A stretch of 64,000 bases of DNA from an uncultured Clostridium sp. (lineage in GTDB: Bacteria; Bacillota; Clostridia; Oscillospirales; Acutalibacteraceae): the NCBI GenBank assembly GCA_964571095.1, contig CAZNAC010000003.1:11840-75839 (forward strand), given 5' to 3'. The notes under the pieces were generated by a model. That model saw nothing but the letters and a program-made list of their open reading frames with translations, was not told the origin of the DNA and did no database searches. Shown here piece by piece: positions 56,862 through 64,000 of this stretch. A program made the translations under genes and the position numbers. The number at the start of each line of letters is the position of its first letter. Position 1 is the stretch's first letter.

Positions 56862-58308
56862 CTTGTTTTGAATCTCCTTCCTTATCCGATGATTCACATT
56901 CGATGGGAATGGTAATTTTAACGGTGGTTCCTTCACCGAGAACGCTGTCAATATCGAGCTGACCGTTATGAAGCTTAACAATTTCATCGGCAACCGCAAG
57001 ACCGATGCCGGAACCTCTGACCGTAGTATTCGCCTTGAAAAACTTTTCTTTGATGTGGGGTAAATCCTCTGCGGAAATTCCTGCACCGGTATCGCTGACC
57101 GATATAACAAGAGATGCTTTGTTGGGTTTTTCGGCAATAACGGTTATTTTTCCGCCGTGAGAATTATACTTAATTGCGTTATCGAGAATATTTATGAAAA
57201 CCTGTTTAATCCTTGCCGCATCACCGGTTGCGGGAGCGGGAGTTCTGGGTGCATTATAGACCATTTCAATGCCTTCACGCATTGAGCGTTCCTTAAATGC
57301 AAAAACGACCTCGTCAAGCTCCGCAAGGATATCAATTTTTTCATTTTTTAACTGCATTCTTCCGCTGCTCATTCTTGAGAAATCCAAAAGCTCCTCAACC
57401 ATATCATTAAGACGTGATGCCTCACTGATTATAACTCCCATTCCCCTCTCCGTCATTGCGGGATCGGTATCGCCGATTTGAAGAAGCGTTTCACCCCAAC
57501 CTTTTATTGCGGTAAGCGGAGTTCTCAGCTCGTGAGAAACGGTTGAAATAAAATCGTTTTTAAGCCTGTCTGTTGCGGCAAGCTTTGTTGCCATATCGTT
57601 TATTGTCGTGGAAAGATCTCCGAGCTCATCGTTATACGGATAATGGTCGATTCTCGCCTCAAGATCGCCACCGGCAATTCTTTTTGCCGTTTCGTCAATC
57701 GCTTTAACGGGATTTACAATTGAGCGTGTAAAAAACGAACCGGAAATAACCACAAGTGAAAAAAGAGCTATACACGCAGAAATAACAAGAAGGCATATTC
57801 TGACAAGCTGTTCATCAATAGCTTCCATAGAAACCATAAATCTTATCGCACCGCCGTGAGTTCCGTTCGGATAATTATAAATGCAGGTTGAAGCCATAAT
57901 TTTTTCACCGGACGGAAGCTTACCTGTCCATTTGGCTCTGCCGTTATCGCTTGTTAAAGCCGAAGCATAATCGGGCATCTCAACATCACCGGTTATTTCA
58001 AATCCGCTTGAGGAAAGAATTATATTTCCGCTGCTGTCTATAAGCCAAACCGCCATTGTATCCTTATCTGGAAATGTTTCAACAAACTTTCTGCCCGCAG
58101 TCTCGAATCCGTTGTCTGAGGTATCTCCGTAAAGATTAAGGCTTGAGGCAATTTCCTCGGATGAATATGAATCGAGAGTCATTCCCGCAGCAGTGTAATA
58201 ATAATTATGAAGCGAAAAAAGGAGCGTAGCCGAAACAGCAACAAGAATCAAAATTACAATCGACGCAACATTCAAAAACCATCTTTTTGCAATTCCGACA
58301 AATTTCAA
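56842..58308 (-). CDS. Sensor histidine kinase (two TM, periplasmic loop, HAMP, HisKA, HATPase)
   Basis: H-box FISTVSHELRTPLTAIKGW, N-box NILDNAIKY, G-boxes DTGAGI and GSGIGL. Confidence 0.9.
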   Translation of the reverse strand: MKFVGIAKRWFLNVASIVILILVAVSATLLFSLHNYYYTAAGMTLDSYSSEEIASSLNLYGDTSDNGFETAGRKFVETFPDKDTMAVWLIDSSGNIILSSSGFEITGDVEMPDYASALTSDNGRAKWTGKLPSGEKIMASTCIYNYPNGTHGGAIRFMVSMEAIDEQLVRICLLVISACIALFSLVVISGSFFTRSIVNPVKAIDETAKRIAGGDLEARIDHYPYNDELGDLSTTINDMATKLAATDRLKNDFISTVSHELRTPLTAIKGWGETLLQIGDTDPAMTERGMGVIISEASRLNDMVEELLDFSRMSSGRMQLKNEKIDILAELDEVVFAFKERSMREGIEMVYNAPRTPAPATGDAARIKQVFINILDNAIKYNSHGGKITVIAEKPNKASLVISVSDTGAGISAEDLPHIKEKFFKANTTVRGSGIGLAVADEIVKLHNGQLDIDSVLGEGTTVKITIPIECESSDKEGDSKQDEPKEE

Positions 58309-58343
58309 TTCCGTTCCCTCCTTCGTTCATATTTATCCGTCTT

Positions 58344-59042
58344 TTAAATTATCCATTTATAGCCGACGCCCCAAATTGTTGTTAAATGCTTAGGGACAGA
58401 CGGTTCATCTTCGATTTTCATTCTGAGCCGTCTTATATTGACGTCAACTATTTTTTCTTCACCGAAATATTCATTCCCCCAAACCTTGTTGAGAATGTCG
58501 GTTCTGGTCAAAGCGGCTCCGGGATTGGTAAAGAAGTATTCCATCATTTGAAACTCAACTTGAGTAAGCTCAATGTATCTTCCGTTTTTTGTTAGGGTAC
58601 GATTTCTGATATTAAGCTTAAACTCGCCAAGCTCGATAACATCAACCGCATTCGTCTTGTTATCACTGCTCATTGCAACTCGTCTGTAAATCGCATCGAC
58701 TCTCGCAACAAGCTCCGTAGGTGAAAACGGCTTAGTAACATAATCGTCGGCACCGGTCATAAGGCCTGTTATTTTATCCATTTCCTGTGTTTTTGCAGTC
58801 AGCATAATAATGCCGATATTGTTGCTTTTCGTTCTGAGCTGTCTGCAAACTTCAAGCCCGTCAACATTGGGCATCATAACGTCCAAAACAGCAACATCGA
58901 TATCACCGCCATGTGCTTCATAAAGCTCAAGTGCTCTTGCACCATCCTCCGCCTCAATAATTTCATATCCTGCTCGGCGTAGATTGATAATAATAAATTC
59001 TCTTATCGCCGCTTCATCTTCGGCAATCAAAACTCTTTTCAT
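58344..59042 (-). CDS. OmpR/PhoB-family response regulator
   Basis: Receiver domain (VLIAEDE, LDVMMPNVDG, TAK) and a winged-helix C-terminus (VWGVGYK). Confidence 0.92.
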   Translation of the reverse strand: MKRVLIAEDEAAIREFIIINLRRAGYEIIEAEDGARALELYEAHGGDIDVAVLDVMMPNVDGLEVCRQLRTKSNNIGIIMLTAKTQEMDKITGLMTGADDYVTKPFSPTELVARVDAIYRRVAMSSDNKTNAVDVIELGEFKLNIRNRTLTKNGRYIELTQVEFQMMEYFFTNPGAALTRTDILNKVWGNEYFGEEKIVDVNIRRLRMKIEDEPSVPKHLTTIWGVGYKWII

Positions 59043-59056
59043 TTGCTTACCCTCAC

Positions 59057-60406
59057 TTATGGTAATTTTGTAACTTTTGCTCGAATTATGTCCTCTGTAA
59101 TCCCCTGCTCACGACCGCTTGGAGTAATATAAACACAAACCGTCGAATCCTTTTTTTCGATAATCGGAATGTATGCATCAAAATTCTTTTCGTGCCACAA
59201 CTCGGCGGAAACTTTCATAACCGAAAATATTTCTTCAACCGATTCTCCGTTGTTTTGCTCCTCGTAAACAACCCAACAATTTTGTGAACGGTAATTCCGT
59301 ATGCCCAAGGAACGAAGCTCTTTGCTTTCGAGATAAATCATATATCCGTCGGAATAATTGATAATCGTATCCGCAACAATTTCGGATTTTGTCAATGAAT
59401 CGAAATTAAGCCAACTGGTAAGATAAATATTTTCAACGTCAACCGTTGCCGAATCATCGCCGTTACCGAATATCTCGGACTGAACGGGAATATCGATTAT
59501 ACCGTCATTGTTAATATCCGCGCTGAGAATAGGTTCAAATCTGAATGTGACATTATTCGTCATCGTTTCGGGATCGAGAAGCGGAGCAACAAGCTCATTT
59601 TTAGCTTTATCCCAATAGACAAGCTCCGTTATCATATTGTTTTCGCCTTTAAGAGCGTCGATATAAATCTTCAAAGGGGCGTCGCCGCTTGCTTTTTCGG
59701 TTTTAAAGGATTTATAGCTGCTGATATTCGGATCAATCTTCACCTCACCCAAATGAATTATCGAATCACCCGAAAGCTTAACAACCTTTGCACTTTTTTG
59801 AATAACACCGGATGTGTTACTTTGGCTTATATAAAAAACCTCTTTATCCGAATCACTGTCAACATCAACCACCTCGCACATAACGCAGGCTTCGTTTGAA
59901 ATCTCTTTAAACTTACCTGTCATATATGTTGCTCTGTATATCGACATTATGTTATTTGAAGAAACGCCCGAAATGTTCCAGGTAACGATAATCTCTTTGA
60001 AACCGTCACCGTCCATATCATCGATAACAACACTCTCGATTTCATTTCCGTAGCCGTTAAAATCTCCGCCGGAAATCCATTTGCCCGATGAGATGTTAAA
60101 AAAATGCATTCTCGCAACCGTTTCTTCGGAATTTGCTTTGTAAAATACTAAAGCCTCGGTTTCTCCGTCAGAATCAATATCATCAACAATTATTGCCGAT
60201 TTATGATTACCCTTTCTGGGGCTGCAAAGCAATGCAGTTTTTCCGACTTCGTTATTGAACGCTTCAACAAGCTCCTCATATTCTTCGTAGTAAAGCGGTG
60301 GTGAAAGAAGAGCACTAACGGGACGAATAACATCAAGTGAATCACACGATGACAGGAGAATGCACATTGATACGGCAATAATCAAAACCGCAAATAATCT
60401 TCTCAT
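59057..60406 (-). CDS. Lipoprotein with FG-GAP/DxDxDG-type calcium-binding repeats
   Basis: Lipobox LLSSC. There are four DxDxDG-like loops (DIDSDGETE, DMDGDGFKE, DVDSDSDKE, DINNDGIID). It ends 14 nt upstream of the response regulator ATG. Confidence 0.65.
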   Translation of the reverse strand: MRRLFAVLIIAVSMCILLSSCDSLDVIRPVSALLSPPLYYEEYEELVEAFNNEVGKTALLCSPRKGNHKSAIIVDDIDSDGETEALVFYKANSEETVARMHFFNISSGKWISGGDFNGYGNEIESVVIDDMDGDGFKEIIVTWNISGVSSNNIMSIYRATYMTGKFKEISNEACVMCEVVDVDSDSDKEVFYISQSNTSGVIQKSAKVVKLSGDSIIHLGEVKIDPNISSYKSFKTEKASGDAPLKIYIDALKGENNMITELVYWDKAKNELVAPLLDPETMTNNVTFRFEPILSADINNDGIIDIPVQSEIFGNGDDSATVDVENIYLTSWLNFDSLTKSEIVADTIINYSDGYMIYLESKELRSLGIRNYRSQNCWVVYEEQNNGESVEEIFSVMKVSAELWHEKNFDAYIPIIEKKDSTVCVYITPSGREQGITEDIIRAKVTKLP

Positions 60407-60478
60407 CCCGTTTTCTCCTTTCGTTCGTATTCTTCAATATTCTGCGAAGTGTCAGCCACAGCTATAATAATTTATAAT

Positions 60479-60508
60479 ATTATACCACAGTATATTTCCA
60501 TAAATCAA
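60479..60508 (-). promoter_or_regulatory. Sigma-A-type promoter (extended -10) for the lipoprotein/two-component operon
   Basis: On the minus strand: TTGATT (60508-60503), 18-nt spacer ending in TGg, TATAAT (60484-60479). Confidence 0.6.
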
Positions 60509-60629
60509 CAGTTAAATATATATTATTTATTAATTTTATATAATATATTTATTAATATAAAAAGATGAGGCTTGGTTTATACAAAACTTTTTCACTGCAC
60601 TAAGTGAACCCGATTTTGTCTGTTGCTGC

Positions 60630-60666
60630 TAAAAAAGCTTGCACGATAATTAAACCGTACAAGCTT
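60630..60666 (-). terminator. Rho-independent terminator after cdaR
   Basis: On the minus strand: stem aagcttgtacg / cgtgcaagctt with one mismatch, followed by TTTTT. Confidence 0.65.
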
Positions 60667-60672
60667 TAATAA

Positions 60673-61935
60673 CTATGAAATTTTAACTGTTGCAATATAG
60701 CTTCCGTATGACCAGCAATCGGCACTTGAAAACGAAACCGGAACGATAACTTCGCCCTTAACGGCTTCGTCAATATTTTTCAAATCGGCAACAAGAACAA
60801 TATTTTCCTTATTGATTTTATTAACAGATTCTTTTGGCCCGCATACGGTCATATGAGAAAATTTCAGCTCAACAAGCTCTACCGTTGCTCCGCTCGGTAC
60901 GTTATTGTATTCAAGCTTAGCCGGAACCTCAACGGTATTAGTGAGAACATCTCCCGTATCAACGGTGATGGTAAAGCTTTCCGTTCCGTCAAGCATAACA
61001 ACTCCGGAAACTTCGGATGAGGATATGTTAAAGGTATTTACTCCTGCATGAAGCTCCGAAAAATCAATAGCGGCAATTTCAATGCCCGAAATACCCTCAA
61101 GCTTCTTTTCGGGTATTCCGAAAACGGCTGTGGAGGGCTCGATTTTAACATCGAACGGAAATTCATTAATATAATCCGACGGAATATTAACAAAACTGCA
61201 CTCAACGGGAAGCTCGGAAATTTTATACACGGGAATCGTTACCTTAATAAAATCCGACTGTCGATTAAAGTTTATGTAATTTACAACAGAGCCGTCACTT
61301 GTTATAACATTAAGAGAAGCATCCACCGTTGTATTTTCGGTAAGAGTATTATCGACAACGGCACTTGCAACAACCTTTTCTATCTTATTAACCTGAATTT
61401 CAGGGCCGGATATGCTTACTTTATTCGCTTCCTGAAAAATCAAATCGCCTATATGATACCCGTCAACATAAGAGCTTTCGCTTATGTTGATATCGGGTTC
61501 AACAAGAAATTCTTTTGTTTTGGGATAATCGAAAAACACTTCGACCTCATCCTCGGAAACAGCCGTTATGCTGTATCCCGGTCTTTTGCTCTTGGTTGTC
61601 ACCTCAAGCCTCAAGGTTTGCGTTCCGGGCGAGCTGACAACGGTTGATGTTGAAACAACAATATCATCGGCAAGGTCATCGGAATCCACAACGTATTTTT
61701 GACCGGTAACGGTTACATTAACGGTAAAATCCTTTTCTCCGAAAGGTTGAAGTCCGAAATTTTCTTCGATTTTCGCATAATCGATTTGAACAGGTATCCC
61801 CGTTTTAATCTCGGTAATCTCGGTACCGAATTCAACCGAGGCAACAAGCCAAAATCCGATTGCAATAACAACGGAAAACACAAACAAAAATCGATTATCA
61901 TAAAAAAGGTCGCTTAATTTCTGCTTTTTTTTCAT
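60673..61935 (-). CDS. cdaR: CdaR (YbbR-domain) regulator of diadenylate cyclase
   Basis: N-terminal TM followed by repeated YbbR-like beta domains. An ATGA overlap joins it to cdaA. Confidence 0.85.
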   Translation of the reverse strand: MKKKQKLSDLFYDNRFLFVFSVVIAIGFWLVASVEFGTEITEIKTGIPVQIDYAKIEENFGLQPFGEKDFTVNVTVTGQKYVVDSDDLADDIVVSTSTVVSSPGTQTLRLEVTTKSKRPGYSITAVSEDEVEVFFDYPKTKEFLVEPDINISESSYVDGYHIGDLIFQEANKVSISGPEIQVNKIEKVVASAVVDNTLTENTTVDASLNVITSDGSVVNYINFNRQSDFIKVTIPVYKISELPVECSFVNIPSDYINEFPFDVKIEPSTAVFGIPEKKLEGISGIEIAAIDFSELHAGVNTFNISSSEVSGVVMLDGTESFTITVDTGDVLTNTVEVPAKLEYNNVPSGATVELVELKFSHMTVCGPKESVNKINKENIVLVADLKNIDEAVKGEVIVPVSFSSADCWSYGSYIATVKIS

Positions 61936-62810
61936 TTCTTTATACCCTTAAAAATTTTAGTAAAAAACTTTCCGTCCGAAACATTTTTTTCATTTGAATC
62001 TTCAACCAAATAATTCATCAGCATCTCGCGAAGCTCCGATTCATTAAGTCCCCTTGTAAGATTACCCTTAAAAGCAACCGAAACAATTCCCGTTTCTTCC
62101 GATGATACAATTATCATCGCATCGCTCTGTTCGCTCATACCGAGAGCCGCACGGTGTCTTGTTCCGAGGTCACTTGAAATATCTTCACTTCTTGTGAGCG
62201 GAAGAACGCAGCCCGCACTGTGAAGTCTGCCATCCCTGACAACGGCTGCACCATCGTGTAAAGGTGACTTAGGAAAAAATATATTTCCTATAAGCTCGTG
62301 AGTAATATGAGCATCGACAAATTTTCCTGTTTTGATTACATCGCCGAGAAGCGTTTCTTTTTCCATAACAATAAGAGAACCTGTTTTTGATTCACTCATA
62401 CGAAAAACAGCTTTGGCAATTTCTATTATGGATTCACTGAGAACCGCTTTTCTTTCCGAATTTCCGCCTTTGATAAGTGCAAACAATCCCGAAAAACGGC
62501 TTTTTCCGACCTTCTCGAATACCTGACGAATTTCTTGTTGAAAAAGAATAATAAGAATGATAAATATGTTTTGAAATACAAGACCGAAAACATATGAGCT
62601 TGCCTGCATTTCAAGTGCGGATATCAAGAAATACGAAAAACCGAGCAAGAGCAGACCTTTTACAAGCTGAAAAGCACGGGTTTCACGAATCAATTTTATT
62701 CCGTTATAAAGCAAAAAAGTTATAAGACAAATATCAAGAAAATCGGTTATACCGAATTTTAAAGACGGAATCTTGGAAAAGAAATCCGTAATATTTTCAA
62801 TAACGGTCAT
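61932..62810 (-). CDS. cdaA: Diadenylate cyclase CdaA (DisA_N domain)
   Basis: Three N-terminal TM segments. DAC motifs DGAAVV, GTRHRAALG and SEETG. Confidence 0.92.
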   Translation of the reverse strand: MTVIENITDFFSKIPSLKFGITDFLDICLITFLLYNGIKLIRETRAFQLVKGLLLLGFSYFLISALEMQASSYVFGLVFQNIFIILIILFQQEIRQVFEKVGKSRFSGLFALIKGGNSERKAVLSESIIEIAKAVFRMSESKTGSLIVMEKETLLGDVIKTGKFVDAHITHELIGNIFFPKSPLHDGAAVVRDGRLHSAGCVLPLTRSEDISSDLGTRHRAALGMSEQSDAMIIVSSEETGIVSVAFKGNLTRGLNESELREMLMNYLVEDSNEKNVSDGKFFTKIFKGIKK

Positions 62811-62910
62811 ATACTACGACCTACCCTCCTCATAGCCGCAACCGATAAACGAAGCGACTGCTGCATTAAAATACTCGCCAATCCGGAAGAATCGGCAGTT
62901 TTATGCCTAA

Positions 62911-62939
62911 ATAATATCATAAAGAAGCTCGTGTTGCAA
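62911..62939 (-). promoter_or_regulatory. Sigma-A-type promoter upstream of cdaA
   Basis: On the minus strand: TTGCAA (62939-62934), 17-nt spacer, TATTAT (62916-62911). This leaves a leader of about 95 nt. Confidence 0.55.
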
Positions 62940-62965
62940 ATAAATACTGCATTATTAACAAAAAA

Positions 62966-63439
62966 TTAATTTTCAATAATGCATACGGAATGTGCTGCCA
63001 TTCCTTCGCCGCTTCCCGAAAAGCCGAGACCTTCCTCCGTTGTGGCTTTAACACTTACAAAATCTGTGGAAATACCGCACGCTGAAGCAATGTTATTTCT
63101 TATTTTGGAAATATACGGACGCATTTTGGGATTCTGAGCAATTAAAGTACAATCAATATTTACAACTGAATACCCCTTTTTTTTGAGAACGGAAACAACT
63201 TCTTTAAGAAGCTCAAGACTATCTGCATCTTTATATTTGGGATCATTGTCGGGAAACAAGCATCCGATATCGCCGAGTGCCGCCGCTCCGAGGAGTGCAT
63301 CGCTTATTGCGTGAAGTAAAACATCGGCATCGGAATGACCGAGCAAGCCTTTTTCGTAGGGTATTTCAACACCGCCGATAATAAGCTTTCGGTTTTCGAC
63401 GAGTCTGTGAACATCATATCCGTGACCTATTCGCAACAT
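62966..63439 (-). CDS. ispF: 2-C-methyl-D-erythritol 2,4-cyclodiphosphate synthase
   Basis: [13 protein letters not shown] and [11 protein letters not shown] motifs, 157 aa. Confidence 0.93.
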   Translation of the reverse strand: MLRIGHGYDVHRLVENRKLIIGGVEIPYEKGLLGHSDADVLLHAISDALLGAAALGDIGCLFPDNDPKYKDADSLELLKEVVSVLKKKGYSVVNIDCTLIAQNPKMRPYISKIRNNIASACGISTDFVSVKATTEEGLGFSGSGEGMAAHSVCIIEN

Positions 63440-64000
63440 TGGAGCATCTCCTTTTCTATCTCTTTAACATCTTCGAGAAAACTTTCATATGTTGTTACGC
63501 AGTTCAAAACCTTAACAAGCGAATTTGCGGATAATCTTTCCGGAAAGGAATAATATTTGAGCAAAGTCGCCCTTTTTTTTGAGCTGTCGGTTCCACCCGT
63601 AAAGCCGTACTCAAACAGGTCGAGCTTTGTTATCGGTCTTTCGGGTTCCGGTGTTGATTCACAAAAAACGCCGGCATTTGCCAACGCCTTAATGATGACG
63701 TCCTCCGTCATTCCCTCAACACCGAGTTTTCCCTCTTTTGAGGGTTCTGTTTTTCTGCCCTCTTTTCCGAAAATATCCGGAATATAGGCATGTATTATGT
63801 TTTTTTGATCAACGGTCGAACCGATAAAAGAACGGATTTTAAAGCCTGCCGAATCGCTGTCTGTCAGCACCAAAATACCTCTTTTTTCGGCAAGTGTACG
63901 TATCATCAATTGCAATTCTTTATCTTTGAAAATTCCGAATCCGTCGGTTTGAATAATAGGAGCATCAATTATGTTTGAGAGCTTGATTTTATCGTATTTG
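63427..64000 (-). CDS. rnmV: Ribonuclease M5 (TOPRIM domain), N-terminus outside the window
   Basis: TOPRIM motif [15 protein letters not shown]. The frame stays open upstream of the ORF-track TTG (63915) to the window edge (..[24 protein letters not shown]..). It overlaps the ispF start by 13 nt. Confidence 0.8.
   Translation of the reverse strand, partial: KYDKIKLSNIIDAPIIQTDGFGIFKDKELQLMIRTLAEKRGILVLTDSDSAGFKIRSFIGSTVDQKNIIHAYIPDIFGKEGRKTEPSKEGKLGVEGMTEDVIIKALANAGVFCESTPEPERPITKLDLFEYGFTGGTDSSKKRATLLKYYSFPERLSANSLVKVLNCVTTYESFLEDVKEIEKEMLQCCE

Noticed and set aside
55872-57137. The 421-aa ORF-track model extends DUF1385 about 92 codons upstream.
   Set aside because: The extension lies entirely inside the histidine kinase gene in another frame. 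It has no DUF1385 homology. An internal ATG at 56861 has a strong RBS and the conserved family N-terminus.
62811-62910. The ~95-nt leader of cdaA as a possible riboswitch. It contains a small hairpin gccgattc-ttcc-ggattggc.
   Set aside because: I recognise no known riboswitch motif. There is only one short hairpin with G-U pairs and no terminator or anti-terminator arrangement.
1-64000. Scan for CRISPR arrays, long tandem or direct repeats, IS elements, toxin-antitoxin pairs, restriction-modification or other defence modules, and rRNA genes.
   Set aside because: None was seen by eye on either strand. The only repeat structure found is the protein-level LRR array inside the S8 protease gene. 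A computational repeat search (self dot-plot or CRISPR finder) would be needed to exclude short or degenerate repeats.

Overview
AT-rich chromosomal segment from a spore-forming Firmicute, Clostridia-like by gene content (spoVM, ytfJ, DUF2953, PASTA kinase, DHHW/MBOAT cluster). I call 56 protein-coding genes, two of them below the ORF-track size cut-off, plus one tRNA-Leu(UAG), one T-box leader (proS), and several sigma-A-type promoters and hairpin terminators. Nt 1-31,100 is a mosaic on both strands: transport/signalling genes, wall-polymer enzymes, a large LRR-bearing S8 surface protease, secreted lipid/glycan hydrolases and an MBOAT/DHHW O-acylation cluster, split into short units by hairpin terminators. 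Nt 31,300-36,300 carries argF and carB. Nt 36,339-64,000 is one co-directional minus-strand array of 32 housekeeping and sporulation genes, many joined by 4-nt ATGA overlaps. Part of it is collinear with the B. subtilis yloC-remA-gmk-rpoZ-priA-def-fmt-rsmB-rlmN-prpC-prkC-rsgA-spoVM region. By eye I found no CRISPR array, transposase, integrase, phage module, rRNA or recognisable defence system, so I cannot point to a clear new multi-gene system. The most unusual items are: (1) carB fused in frame to a full-length DapF-like domain whose first catalytic cysteine reads Gly, with no carA in the window; (2) a MATE transporter with a degenerate GHKL/anti-sigma-kinase-like tail, next to a sensor PP2C phosphatase carrying an intact copy of that module; (3) an SGNH-DUF4358-MBOAT-DHHW cluster with unknown substrate; (4) an unlisted spoVM plus a 47-aa hydrophobic ORF; (5) an FG-GAP-like lipoprotein heading a two-component operon. 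All functional calls come from motif recognition by eye. No database search or folding calculation was run.
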